This document shows, piece by piece, positions 54,228 through 63,168 of a stretch of 64,000 nucleotides of DNA. Below the pieces are notes generated by a model. The model ran no database searches. It saw nothing but the letters and a program-made list of their open reading frames with translations, and was not told the origin of the DNA. Source of the stretch: an uncultured archaeon (GTDB lineage: Archaea > Iainarchaeota > Iainarchaeia > Iainarchaeales > GCA-2688035). The stretch lies in NCBI GenBank assembly GCA_964640195.1, contig CAZXIC010000005.1, positions 4,996-68,995 on the forward strand, in the 5' to 3' direction. A program made the position numbers and the translations under genes. Positions within the stretch are counted from its first letter, which is position 1. Every line of letters starts with the position of its first letter.

Positions 54228-54913
54228 AGCTTACAATAATCGTACCGGTTTTCAACGAGGAGAAAACAGTTGCGCAGGTCATCAAGGGCTTGCAGAAGCT
54301 GGATTTGCGGCAGCTGGGTCTGCGGAAGGAAATTGTGGTGGTGGATGACGGCAGCACTGACAGAAGCAGCAGGATTATAGGAGGGTTGAAGGGGATAAAG
54401 TTCCTCAGGCACGGGCAAAACCAGGGCAAGGGCGCTGCCGTAAGGACAGCCCTGGCAAACAGTTCCGGGGAAGTGGTTGTAATACAGGACGCTGACCTGG
54501 AATACGATTTGAAGGATTTGCCAAAAGTGCTTGCGCCAATCGTGCAGGGAAAAACAGATGTTGTTTTTGGAAGCAGGTTCAAGGGCAGGATAAGGGGCAA
54601 GATACTGTTCTGGCACCAGATTGGAAACAAGGTACTGTCGCTTGCAACAGCGCTGCTTTTCTCCACGGGAATCAGCGACATGGAGACAGGGTACAAGGCG
54701 TTCAAGAGAAGCGTGTTAAAAGGCGTGAGCATGCGCTCAAGGGGCTTTGACTTTGAGCCGGAGATAACCGCAAAAATCCTGAAAAGGGGCTGCAGAATCC
54801 TTGAAGTGCCTATAACATACAACGCAAGGACTTTTGCCGAGGGCAAAAAGATAACTGCAAAGGACGGCATCATTGCCCTGGCAACGCTTTTCCGCTGCAG
54901 GTTTTTTGGTTAG
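54224..54913 (+). CDS. GT2-family glycosyltransferase (dolichyl-phosphate hexose synthase-like)
   Basis: 'LTIIVPVFNEEKTV', 'VVVDDGSTDRS' and 'VIQDADLEYD'. GTGA overlap with the Alg13-like gene. Confidence 0.85.
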   Translation: MKLTIIVPVFNEEKTVAQVIKGLQKLDLRQLGLRKEIVVVDDGSTDRSSRIIGGLKGIKFLRHGQNQGKGAAVRTALANSSGEVVVIQDADLEYDLKDLPKVLAPIVQGKTDVVFGSRFKGRIRGKILFWHQIGNKVLSLATALLFSTGISDMETGYKAFKRSVLKGVSMRSRGFDFEPEITAKILKRGCRILEVPITYNARTFAEGKKITAKDGIIALATLFRCRFFG

Positions 54914-54983
54914 TTTTACTGCCTTCGCTGGTTGTTCTTTGGTTGGCTTTCAACTGCCTTGGGATAGGATATCCAACCAGCCT

Positions 54984-56420
54984 TCAGCCGCCCTGCTCAA
55001 ACTGCGTCCAGGGCATGATGTCTGTTTCTATCCTGCTTCCCTCAATCCACATTCGCATGTAGTAGGTGTTTTCTTCCCCAAGGCTGCTGATGTACTGCTG
55101 GTAGGGCTGCTTCAATGTTGTCAGCTTCCTGTCGCCGAACATTTCGGAAAAGAACATTCCTGTGAAAGGCGATTCCTTCATTGCTGGCAGCTGCCTGAAC
55201 TGCTCGTCTGCTACTATCAATGCGCCTGCCTTTGTTTCGCTGTAAATTTCTTGGAAAGCAGCGTACTTCAAATCCTGCCTTTCCTTCAACTCCGCTTGTA
55301 CAATCACGGCGGGCACAAGCAACAGGATTGCCACTGCTACCAGAATCTTTGCCCTGTGGGCTGCGAGGTTTGCCCGTGAAAGGGCTCTTTCAAAAGCGCT
55401 TGCGAAGGTTAAAATCAAAAGAAAAATCACTGGCACCAGCTTGCTTATCCCTGTAACGAGGTCTGTTGCATTGAAATTGAAGTAGCTCCAGCTGTAAACG
55501 CTGAAAAAGAATGTAAAGAATATTGCGGAAAGGGCTGCCTCTGCCCTCAGCCTCTTTTGCGCAAAAAGCGGTGAAAAGAACATCAAGGGATAGAACGCTG
55601 AAAGCAGCAGGACAAAGTAAAAAAACCTGCTCGGCAACTCTCCCAGACTGAAAACAGCCAGGCTTGAGAGATGATAGCCTGTCGTGAAAAAGCCGCCATA
55701 CATGTAATTGTTGTAAAGCAGCGCAGCAATCGCAAACGGCGCAGCTGCTGCCATAAGCAAGGCAAGCTTTTTCCTGTCCCTGCATAGCAGAATTAGTGCG
55801 ACAGCCGCAAGTGCCAGAATATTTGTGTAGCGCGCCAGCAGAGACAGCCCGAAAAAGGCTCCGGACAGCAGATTGCTCTTCTTGCGGGGGTTGAGGTAAA
55901 ACAAGTAGGCAAGCAGCAGCAGCGTAAGCGAGCTCATGTCTGCAAAAAGCGATTTGCTCAGGAAAACAAATGCAGGGAAAAGCAGGAAAAGCAGGGAGTA
56001 AAGCAGTGGCAGTTGCAGCTTCTTCAGAATCCTGCAGAAGATGAAAAGGTTCAGGAAATGGAAGAACAGCCCATAGAGGAAGACGTTCTGCCAGCCAAGC
56101 AGCGCAAACGGCACAAGGAAAACAGAGTGCAGTATTGGGTATTGTGTAACATACTCACTGCCATTGAAAATGTAGGCGTAGCTGTACAACGGATTAGTTA
56201 TTTTCAGGTTTCCTGAGAGAAGAAGGCCAGCGTTCCTCAAGTACTGGGCCTCATCAGGCGCCCAGTAGAAGCTTGGGTAAAAGAGAAAGAAGGTTGCGAT
56301 GAAGATTACTGAAAATGCCAGCAGGATTTTCTGCTCGCTGTTCAGATTTACTTTACTTAGATTCATTCCCAGAACCTTGCTATAACTAAATCCCGTTATG
56401 GTTTTTAAAATTGTTTCCAT
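54984..56420 (-). CDS. GT-C-fold membrane glycosyltransferase (ArnT/PMT-like)
   Basis: 478 aa with ~12 TM helices and a first-loop acidic motif 'YWAPDEAQYLRNA', typical of lipid-linked-donor GT-C enzymes. Confidence 0.7.
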   Translation of the reverse strand: METILKTITGFSYSKVLGMNLSKVNLNSEQKILLAFSVIFIATFFLFYPSFYWAPDEAQYLRNAGLLLSGNLKITNPLYSYAYIFNGSEYVTQYPILHSVFLVPFALLGWQNVFLYGLFFHFLNLFIFCRILKKLQLPLLYSLLFLLFPAFVFLSKSLFADMSSLTLLLLAYLFYLNPRKKSNLLSGAFFGLSLLARYTNILALAAVALILLCRDRKKLALLMAAAAPFAIAALLYNNYMYGGFFTTGYHLSSLAVFSLGELPSRFFYFVLLLSAFYPLMFFSPLFAQKRLRAEAALSAIFFTFFFSVYSWSYFNFNATDLVTGISKLVPVIFLLILTFASAFERALSRANLAAHRAKILVAVAILLLVPAVIVQAELKERQDLKYAAFQEIYSETKAGALIVADEQFRQLPAMKESPFTGMFFSEMFGDRKLTTLKQPYQQYISSLGEENTYYMRMWIEGSRIETDIMPWTQFEQGG

Positions 56421-56435
56421 TCATTAATTCATCTT

Positions 56436-57296
56436 ATGCCGGGAAAACCGCCGCTTGTCTCAATCATCATCCTGAACTGGAACGGGAAGCGCTTTGTACA
56501 GGGCTGCCTGCGCTCTATCAAGAAAAACACCTCTTATCCGAATTACGAGGTTATTGTTGTAGACAACGGCAGTACTGACGGCAGCGTGGCAATCCTGCGA
56601 AAGCTGAAAAAGCAGGGGCTGCTGCAGGAACTGGTTCTGAACAGGGAAAACAAGGGTTTTTCTGCAGGAAACAACCAGGGCTTTGCCGCTGCAAAGGGCA
56701 GCTTCTTCCTCATGCTGAACAACGACACAACCGTTACAAAAAACTGGCTTGGCAACAGCATGCGCTTGATGCTGGGCGATGAGGCAATTGCTGCGGTCGG
56801 CTGCAGGCTCATCGATTTGCCCTTCTGGAAGAGGAAACAGTACAGGCTTTATCCAGACAGGGAAGTGAAAACAACCTGCGGCGCAGCAATGCTCATCAGG
56901 AAAAAAGTAGTTGAGAAAATTGGTGCGCTGGACGCTGAGCATTTCTCCCCAATCTACGGCGAGGAAACAGACTGGTGTTTCAGGGCGAGGAACGCAGGCT
57001 ATAGGATAATGGAAACAGACAAGGCAATTGTCGTGCACCTAGGCAGCCATGACACGAGGAAGGGAAGGGGAAAGGCTGATGCGTTCGAGCTGCTGAACAA
57101 CCACAGGATGAAGGCAATGCTTTTCAACCTCACAATCCCTGGGTTCCTGGCTTACGTTCCAGGGCTACTTGCACTTGTTGCAGAGGCAACGGTTGAGGAG
57201 CTGCTCGGCTCGCTGTTCAGGGCATGGTGGAGCAACCTGCGCAACTGGAGGGAGATTGCAGTGGAAAGGAAAAAGCGGGGAGCAAAGCTATTTTAG
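56436..57296 (+). CDS. GT2-family glycosyltransferase
   Basis: 'VSIIILNWNGKRF', 'IVVDNGSTDGS', 'MLNNDT' and 'EETDWCFRA'. Confidence 0.88.
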   Translation: MPGKPPLVSIIILNWNGKRFVQGCLRSIKKNTSYPNYEVIVVDNGSTDGSVAILRKLKKQGLLQELVLNRENKGFSAGNNQGFAAAKGSFFLMLNNDTTVTKNWLGNSMRLMLGDEAIAAVGCRLIDLPFWKRKQYRLYPDREVKTTCGAAMLIRKKVVEKIGALDAEHFSPIYGEETDWCFRARNAGYRIMETDKAIVVHLGSHDTRKGRGKADAFELLNNHRMKAMLFNLTIPGFLAYVPGLLALVAEATVEELLGSLFRAWWSNLRNWREIAVERKKRGAKLF

Positions 57297-58424
57297 GCTT
57301 TTGTAAATTTGCTCGAATTTTTCTGCAGCTGCCTCAATTGAGTAAAGCTTTTCTGCCCTGTGCCTTGCCTTTTTCCCGAGACTCTTGCGCAGCTCAGGGC
57401 TTTCAATCAGCTTTATCAGCGCAGTTGCAATGCTCTTCTCCTCCTTTTGCCTTGCAAGCAATGCTGCATCAGCAACGGTTGGCTTAACCTCGCCTGATTC
57501 GGTTGCAACAACCGCCTTGCCTGCAGCCATGCTCTCCATCAATGCAATTGATGTCGTTGCCTTGAATGCAAAGCTGTGCGCAACAATCTCGGCTGCAGCA
57601 TACACTCTTGGCATTTCGCTGTTTGGCATTTCTCCCATAAAAAAAACACTTTTCCCAAGCCCAAGCTCTCTTGCGAGCTTTTCAAGCATTCCCCTGCTCT
57701 GGCCGTCTCCAACTATCGCGTACTTCCACCCTGGATGCTTTCTTGCAACCACTGCCATTGCCCTTATCACATAGGAAATGCCCTCTGCGTTTGTCTTGTG
57801 CAGCGGCTTTGCGCTCACAATCAAATTTTTGCCAAGCCTTGCAAGCGCTGGATGCGGCTTGCTTTTGCCATGGAACTTTTTCACATCAACCGCACCAGGG
57901 ACAACGGAAATTTTTTTCTTTGGAATGCCCCAGGGTAGGAAAAATTTTTCCACAACAAACCTGCTCCAGCTCACAATCATGTCGTAATTCAGCTTTGGCA
58001 GCAAGAACTTGTTTATTGCAAAAACGAGTTTGAGGTTCAGGCTGACCGCCTGGTCGCTGAGGTATTCCACTGCAACAACCAGGGGCTTGCCTGTGAACAA
58101 CTTGACAAAATGCCCGATAAGGCCAGGGAATGCATCGTTCTGCGCGTGAATCACGTCCGGCTTGAATTTCCTGGCTTTTAAAACTGCGACTGGCCAGACC
58201 TTTGCATACTCGAACTTGTGCAGCGCGTGGTGCCCAAAAACAGGGCAGTGGTAAACCTGCAAGCCGAGTTTTTTCTCTTGTGCAGAAAACTGCTTTCCGC
58301 CGGGCGTGAAAACAAAAATTTTGTGACCCCTCCGCAGCATCTCATGCAGGAAGCTGCTCACGAACTGCTCTCCGCCGCCAGGGCTGCCGAGCGCATAGGT
58401 ATGGGTAATGAAAAATATTCTCAT
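57288..58424 (-). CDS. GT4-family (GT-B fold) glycosyltransferase
   Basis: 'MRIFFITHTYALGSPGGGEQFV' and a C-terminal 'E..........E'-type region 'ALMESMAAGKAVVATESGE'. Confidence 0.85.
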   Translation of the reverse strand: MRIFFITHTYALGSPGGGEQFVSSFLHEMLRRGHKIFVFTPGGKQFSAQEKKLGLQVYHCPVFGHHALHKFEYAKVWPVAVLKARKFKPDVIHAQNDAFPGLIGHFVKLFTGKPLVVAVEYLSDQAVSLNLKLVFAINKFLLPKLNYDMIVSWSRFVVEKFFLPWGIPKKKISVVPGAVDVKKFHGKSKPHPALARLGKNLIVSAKPLHKTNAEGISYVIRAMAVVARKHPGWKYAIVGDGQSRGMLEKLARELGLGKSVFFMGEMPNSEMPRVYAAAEIVAHSFAFKATTSIALMESMAAGKAVVATESGEVKPTVADAALLARQKEEKSIATALIKLIESPELRKSLGKKARHRAEKLYSIEAAAEKFEQIYKSLK

Positions 58425-58548
58425 GCTAGCACTTCCTTGCCTGGAACAAATAAAAAGCCTTTTGCATTCTCTCAGCGGTTAATTCGAGTTTTGAACCAAA
58501 CAACTATTTAAGTGTTTTTAAAAATAAATCCATAGCAGCTGGTTTTCG

Positions 58549-59601
58549 ATGGGTTATTACATCTCGCAGGCAAAGAGGAGCCTGCAGCGCTTTGTGTTCA
58601 CGCCCTACCTCGGGCTTACAAAGCTTTTGAACGCTGCAGCCCTGTTCCTGCAGTTCGGGCTGTTCAAAAACAGCAGGGTTTTTGGCTATCCCCTGAAGCT
58701 GTCCTTGGACCCTACTTCAATTTGCCAGCTGCACTGCCCATTGTGCCCGACTGGCCAGGGCAGCAGGGGCAGGAGCAGGGGCATAATGAAATTTGCGGAA
58801 TTCAAAAAAGTTGTTGACGAAATGGCACCTTACCTTTATGAAATTGACCTGAACAACTGGGGAGAACCCTTTCTCAACAAGGAACTGGCAAAGATGGTTG
58901 GGCATGCGCATGGTAAAAAGATAAGGACAAGCGTTAACACAAACCTGAACGTTGCCTTGAGTGAAAAGGATGCTGCAGGAATTGTTAAGGCAGGGCTTGA
59001 CGTGCTCTACGTTTCAATGGATGGGGTAATACAAAAAACTTATGAGAGGTACAGGAAGGGCGGAAAGCTGAAAATTGTCTGGGACAACATCAGGCTGGTT
59101 GTGGATAAGAAAAGGCAGCTGGGAAAGCGGAATCCGAAGATTGTCTGGCAGTTTTTGGTCAGCAAATTCAACGAGCATGAACTGCCACGACTGGAGCAGG
59201 TGCGGAAAGACTTGGGCATTGACCAAGTGATTATAGGCCTGCTGCGGAGCGACATGGCCAAAGAGATTTTCACTCCGGACAGGGAGAAAATTGAAAGCGT
59301 GAGGAAATGGCTCCCAAAAAACGAGCAGCTGAGCAGGTACGATTACAAGCTAAAAAAGCGCAAGCTGCAGAAACGCTACTGCCACTTCCCCTGGTTTGTG
59401 AGTGTAATAAACTGGAACGGCAGCGTGAGCCCCTGCTGCGCAAGCTACAATGAAAAGCTTGACTTCGGGAACGCGTTTACAGATGGGTTTAAAGCAGTTT
59501 GGAACAACCAAAAATACCGAGCAGCGAGGAAAGCCGTTGCATCACGCAAAGCAACGGGAACAGTGTGCGACAACTGCCTCAAAACAGGCTTTATTGACTG
59601 A
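58549..59601 (+). CDS. Radical SAM enzyme with C-terminal SPASM/twitch-like Cys cluster
   Basis: 'PTSICQLHCPLCPTG' (CxxxCxxC) and the C-terminal 'CHFPW...NGSVSPCC...CDNC' motifs. Confidence 0.8.
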   Translation: MGYYISQAKRSLQRFVFTPYLGLTKLLNAAALFLQFGLFKNSRVFGYPLKLSLDPTSICQLHCPLCPTGQGSRGRSRGIMKFAEFKKVVDEMAPYLYEIDLNNWGEPFLNKELAKMVGHAHGKKIRTSVNTNLNVALSEKDAAGIVKAGLDVLYVSMDGVIQKTYERYRKGGKLKIVWDNIRLVVDKKRQLGKRNPKIVWQFLVSKFNEHELPRLEQVRKDLGIDQVIIGLLRSDMAKEIFTPDREKIESVRKWLPKNEQLSRYDYKLKKRKLQKRYCHFPWFVSVINWNGSVSPCCASYNEKLDFGNAFTDGFKAVWNNQKYRAARKAVASRKATGTVCDNCLKTGFID

Positions 59602-59613
59602 AGCGGTGTTTGG

Positions 59614-60621
59614 ATGGAAAGTGTTCTGGTAACAGGCGGGGCTGGCTTCATCGGCTCGCACGTTGTAAACGAGCTGAGGAAGAGAAAAAAGCAGGTAAAA
59701 GTGCTGGACAATTTGGTCGGCGGCGAGCAGAACCTGCGCTATTTCGGCAAAGGGGTTGAGTTCATCAGGGGAGACTGCTGCAACAGGCAGCAGTGCAAAA
59801 AAGCCTTGCAAGGGGTTGACACTGTTTTCCATCTGGCAGCGCACGCGGCAGAAGGGCAGAGCGTCTTCATCCCGGTTTTCAACGCAAACACTAACCTGCT
59901 TGGCTCTCTCACTGTGCTGAGCGAGGCGATAAACCAGGGCATTGAAAACTTTGTGTTCACCTCAAGCATCGCTGTTTACGGCAGGCAGAGGAAAATGCCG
60001 ATTAAGGAGAGCGCGCCTTTGCTGCCGGATGACCCTTACGCTGTGACAAAGAAGGCTTTTGAGGACTATCTGCGCGTTTACCACGAGCTGACAGGCATAA
60101 AGCCGTACATTGTCAGGTTTTTCAACGTTTACGGCCCGAGGCAGAGGATGGACGACCCCTACAGGGGTGTCGTTCCAATCACCATCAACAAGTTCCTGAA
60201 AGGCGAAGCGCCGGTAATTTTCGGCGACGGGCTACAGAAGCGGGCTTTCACTTACATAAGTGACGTGGTTGAGCCAATCTGCGACATTGTCGGAAAAAAT
60301 CAGCTTGTCAACAATCCAATAAACATCGGGAGCGAAGAGGTCCACACAGTGAGGGAGCTTGCGGAAATGGTCAAGGAAAAGATGCGGGCAGCTCAGGAAG
60401 TGCAGTTCGTTGACAGGCGGAGCAGCGACGTAAAGATTGCCTACTGCGATACGGGCAAGGCCAGAAAGCTGCTTGGCTACAGTGCAAAGGTTTCGCTCAG
60501 CGAAGGCTTGGACAGGACGATTGAGTGGGCAAAGGCTGAAGGGCCAAAAGAATTCAGGTACTTTGACTACACTGAGATAGGGAAGCTCACGCACAAAACA
60601 TATACAAAGAAAAAAATCTGA
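59614..60621 (+). CDS. NAD-dependent sugar-nucleotide epimerase/dehydratase (extended SDR)
   Basis: 'VLVTGGAGFIGSHVVNEL' and 'YAVTK'. Confidence 0.88.
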   Translation: MESVLVTGGAGFIGSHVVNELRKRKKQVKVLDNLVGGEQNLRYFGKGVEFIRGDCCNRQQCKKALQGVDTVFHLAAHAAEGQSVFIPVFNANTNLLGSLTVLSEAINQGIENFVFTSSIAVYGRQRKMPIKESAPLLPDDPYAVTKKAFEDYLRVYHELTGIKPYIVRFFNVYGPRQRMDDPYRGVVPITINKFLKGEAPVIFGDGLQKRAFTYISDVVEPICDIVGKNQLVNNPINIGSEEVHTVRELAEMVKEKMRAAQEVQFVDRRSSDVKIAYCDTGKARKLLGYSAKVSLSEGLDRTIEWAKAEGPKEFRYFDYTEIGKLTHKTYTKKKI

Positions 60622-60673
60622 TTCAGCATGCAGGGCAATTTTTTTCAAAACAAAAGCAAAAAACTGGTTTGAC

Positions 60674-61564
60674 ATGCAGGGCTCTTTTCCGAATGCAAGC
60701 GTTGTAATCGCGACATACAACAACGCAAAAGTGCTGCGCAAGGTTCTTTCAGCAATGCTGCGACTGGATTACCCCGCAGAATATGAAATCATTGTAGTTG
60801 ACGACGGAAGCAGCGACGGGACAGCAGAGATGCTCCACAGGGAATTCGGGAAAGAGAAGGCAGTGAAGATTATCGCCTTCAAGCGCAACCAGGGCGTCTG
60901 CAGGGCAAGGAACGCAGGGATTAAGGCTGCGCGCTATCCGATTGTAGTGAACATGGACCACGACTGCATTCCTGAGAAGAGATGGTTGCGTGAGATTGTG
61001 AAGGGCTTTGATTCAGAAAAGATTGGTGTGGTAAGCAGCTTCGGCGATTATGGGGGAACGTCAACGGCTTTCAGGAAAGAGCTTCTTGACAGGGTAGGCG
61101 GTTATGACGAAAGATACCGCTACTACAGGGAGGACACAGACCTTACTTTCAGCATCATGGACCTTGGCTATAAGTACAGGCGCCTGCGGAAGCAGTTCTA
61201 CTTCCATGACCACAGGGAGATAAAGCCGAAGGGCGCTGCGCAAATGCTGCGCTACTTGTTCAGGCGATTGTCTTATCATATGAACGACGCGCTGCTTTTC
61301 AAGAAGCACGGGAGGCTTGCAGCAAAGTTCCTGGATGTCAGGCTCGGCTTCCTTGTAAACCCGAGGAAAGACTTTGCTGTCGTAACAGGCACATGGATGA
61401 AACCTTACAAGCTTGTTTTCAGCTCCCCAAGGGGAATGCGACTCATTGAGAATAAGAGCCCATTGCACGCTACCGCAATCATTATGCTTGGCATTGCATA
61501 CGTTTTCGCTGTGAAGTTCAACAGGCTGCTGGGCAGCATAAAATTCAAGACATTCCTGCTTTAA
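60674..61564 (+). CDS. GT2-family glycosyltransferase
   Basis: 'ASVVIATYNNAKVL', 'IVVDDGSSDGT', 'NMDHDC' and 'YREDTDL'. Confidence 0.88.
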   Translation: MQGSFPNASVVIATYNNAKVLRKVLSAMLRLDYPAEYEIIVVDDGSSDGTAEMLHREFGKEKAVKIIAFKRNQGVCRARNAGIKAARYPIVVNMDHDCIPEKRWLREIVKGFDSEKIGVVSSFGDYGGTSTAFRKELLDRVGGYDERYRYYREDTDLTFSIMDLGYKYRRLRKQFYFHDHREIKPKGAAQMLRYLFRRLSYHMNDALLFKKHGRLAAKFLDVRLGFLVNPRKDFAVVTGTWMKPYKLVFSSPRGMRLIENKSPLHATAIIMLGIAYVFAVKFNRLLGSIKFKTFLL

Positions 61565-63087
61565 TGCTGCTGCTTCCTCAGCCTGTCCCTGATTCCCTTG
61601 AAGAACCTCAGCGCCTTGTGCTCTATCGGGAAAGCATAGAACCTGTGCTTCCACCTGAACAATGCTGTCCTGTGGAAAAGCATGTGCACCAGCTTGAAGC
61701 GCTTTGTGTGCCTGAGCAAGTACTTGTCGCAGGCGTAGGGAAAAATGAATTCCATCAAATGCTGTACTCTTCCATACATCTTTGCAGGATACCAGGGCAG
61801 GTTCTGCTGCACGATGTCAAAGTTTGACCATTCCTCAAGGCGCTTCGGCGGCCTGAAGCCGAGAGCCTTGCTTTTCTCAAAAAGCGGGTTTCCTGGATAG
61901 GGGGTGTAGATGAAAAGCAGGATTTCAAAGTAGTCCTTTGTCGGATAGCATTTGTCAAGCAGGTCAAGTATTGCATCCAGTTCCTTTTCAGCAATGCGCA
62001 TTTTTTCTTTCTCTTTTTTTGCATTCTTGTAGGCATCGAACGGCAGCCCAACCATGAGCGAGGGCGTAATCTCAATATTGTACCTCCTCGCCAGCTCAAT
62101 CAGGCGCTGGGTGTCCTCAACAGTAACCATCTTGTTAATCAAATCCAGGCCTTCCTGCAGGCCTGATTCCGCTCCAACAAGGAGGTCTTTGCAGCCACTT
62201 TTCTTCATCAGCCGCCATGTTTCTTCAGGCAGATCCGCCAGCTGCTTTGTCCTGCCGTTCACCCTGCCCCAGTGAATACGCAGCTTTCTCTTTAATATCT
62301 CCCGCGATATCTCCTTTACCCTGTTCTTGTCAACGAAAAAGTTCTCGTCGATTATGAGAAATAGCTCAACGCCGTACCTTTTTGCAAGCGCCTCAATCTC
62401 CGTTCCCACTCTCTTTGACTTCAAGCCGAACCACCTTCTCCTGTAAACAAGGGGGTCGGCGCAGAAGGCGCAGTTGAATGGGCACCCCTGGCTTGACATA
62501 TAGGAAAGGGCGCGCATTCCGTCAAGCTCAACTATGAAGTCCTCAACGTTTATCAGGTCAAATGGCATCCTTGGAAAGTTGTTTATGTCCTCAAAATCCC
62601 TTGGCTCGTTTTTCACTATTTTCCCGTCTCTGTCCTTGAAGTATATTCCTGGCAATCCGTGCAGCGACTTTCCGGCAGCAAGCCTTTCAACCAGCTCTTT
62701 CATTGTCCTCTCGCCCTGCCCTATCACAACAATGTCAGCATATTCGCTCTGCAGCGTCTGTTCAGGGAGAATCGAAGCGTGCCATCCGCCCCACACTATG
62801 GGCAAGCCAGGCCTTTTCCTCTTAACCTCCTTTATAGCATCTATCGCGCTTTTTATCTGGTAGCCTGTGAGGCTGCTTACAGCAAAGCACACCGCACCAT
62901 CAAGGTGTTTCTTGACCCTCTCAATGTAATCGTATTTCGGCGTGGTAGCGAAAATCTTGACGTCAAAGCGCTTCCTGTCAATAAGCGAGGAAACGCCCAA
63001 GAGGGTTAGCGGAGCCCCGGGGCTTATGTTTCCCGGGCCTGGCTGGGGCAGCAGCATCACCACTTTCTTTTTTTCCTGTCCCTGCAT
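61561..63087 (-). CDS. B12-binding-domain radical SAM enzyme (508 aa), paralogue of 47314-48846
   Basis: 'IVWGGWHASILPEQTL', 'VVIGQGERTMKELVERLAAGKSLHGL' and 'MSSQGCPFNCAFCADP'. Confidence 0.85.
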   Translation of the reverse strand: MQGQEKKKVVMLLPQPGPGNISPGAPLTLLGVSSLIDRKRFDVKIFATTPKYDYIERVKKHLDGAVCFAVSSLTGYQIKSAIDAIKEVKRKRPGLPIVWGGWHASILPEQTLQSEYADIVVIGQGERTMKELVERLAAGKSLHGLPGIYFKDRDGKIVKNEPRDFEDINNFPRMPFDLINVEDFIVELDGMRALSYMSSQGCPFNCAFCADPLVYRRRWFGLKSKRVGTEIEALAKRYGVELFLIIDENFFVDKNRVKEISREILKRKLRIHWGRVNGRTKQLADLPEETWRLMKKSGCKDLLVGAESGLQEGLDLINKMVTVEDTQRLIELARRYNIEITPSLMVGLPFDAYKNAKKEKEKMRIAEKELDAILDLLDKCYPTKDYFEILLFIYTPYPGNPLFEKSKALGFRPPKRLEEWSNFDIVQQNLPWYPAKMYGRVQHLMEFIFPYACDKYLLRHTKRFKLVHMLFHRTALFRWKHRFYAFPIEHKALRFFKGIRDRLRKQQH

Positions 63088-63168
63088 GCTCTCACTTGAA
63101 CTGTGCCTTTAAAGTTTTAAAATATGTTTGCTAGAGCAATCCTTACAACTAATCCAGCGGGTTTTTCT

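Noticed and set aside
53604-54873. Minus-strand ORFs (146-252 aa) across the alg14/alg13/GT2 genes.
   Set aside because: They are antisense to three motif-supported, translationally coupled glycosyltransferase genes and have low-complexity composition.
60622-60690. The repeated 'CATGCAGGGC' motif near the GT2 start and the rSAM start (63078-63087).
   Set aside because: It is short (10 nt) and explained by similar N-terminal codons (M-Q-G) of unrelated genes. It is probably coincidental.
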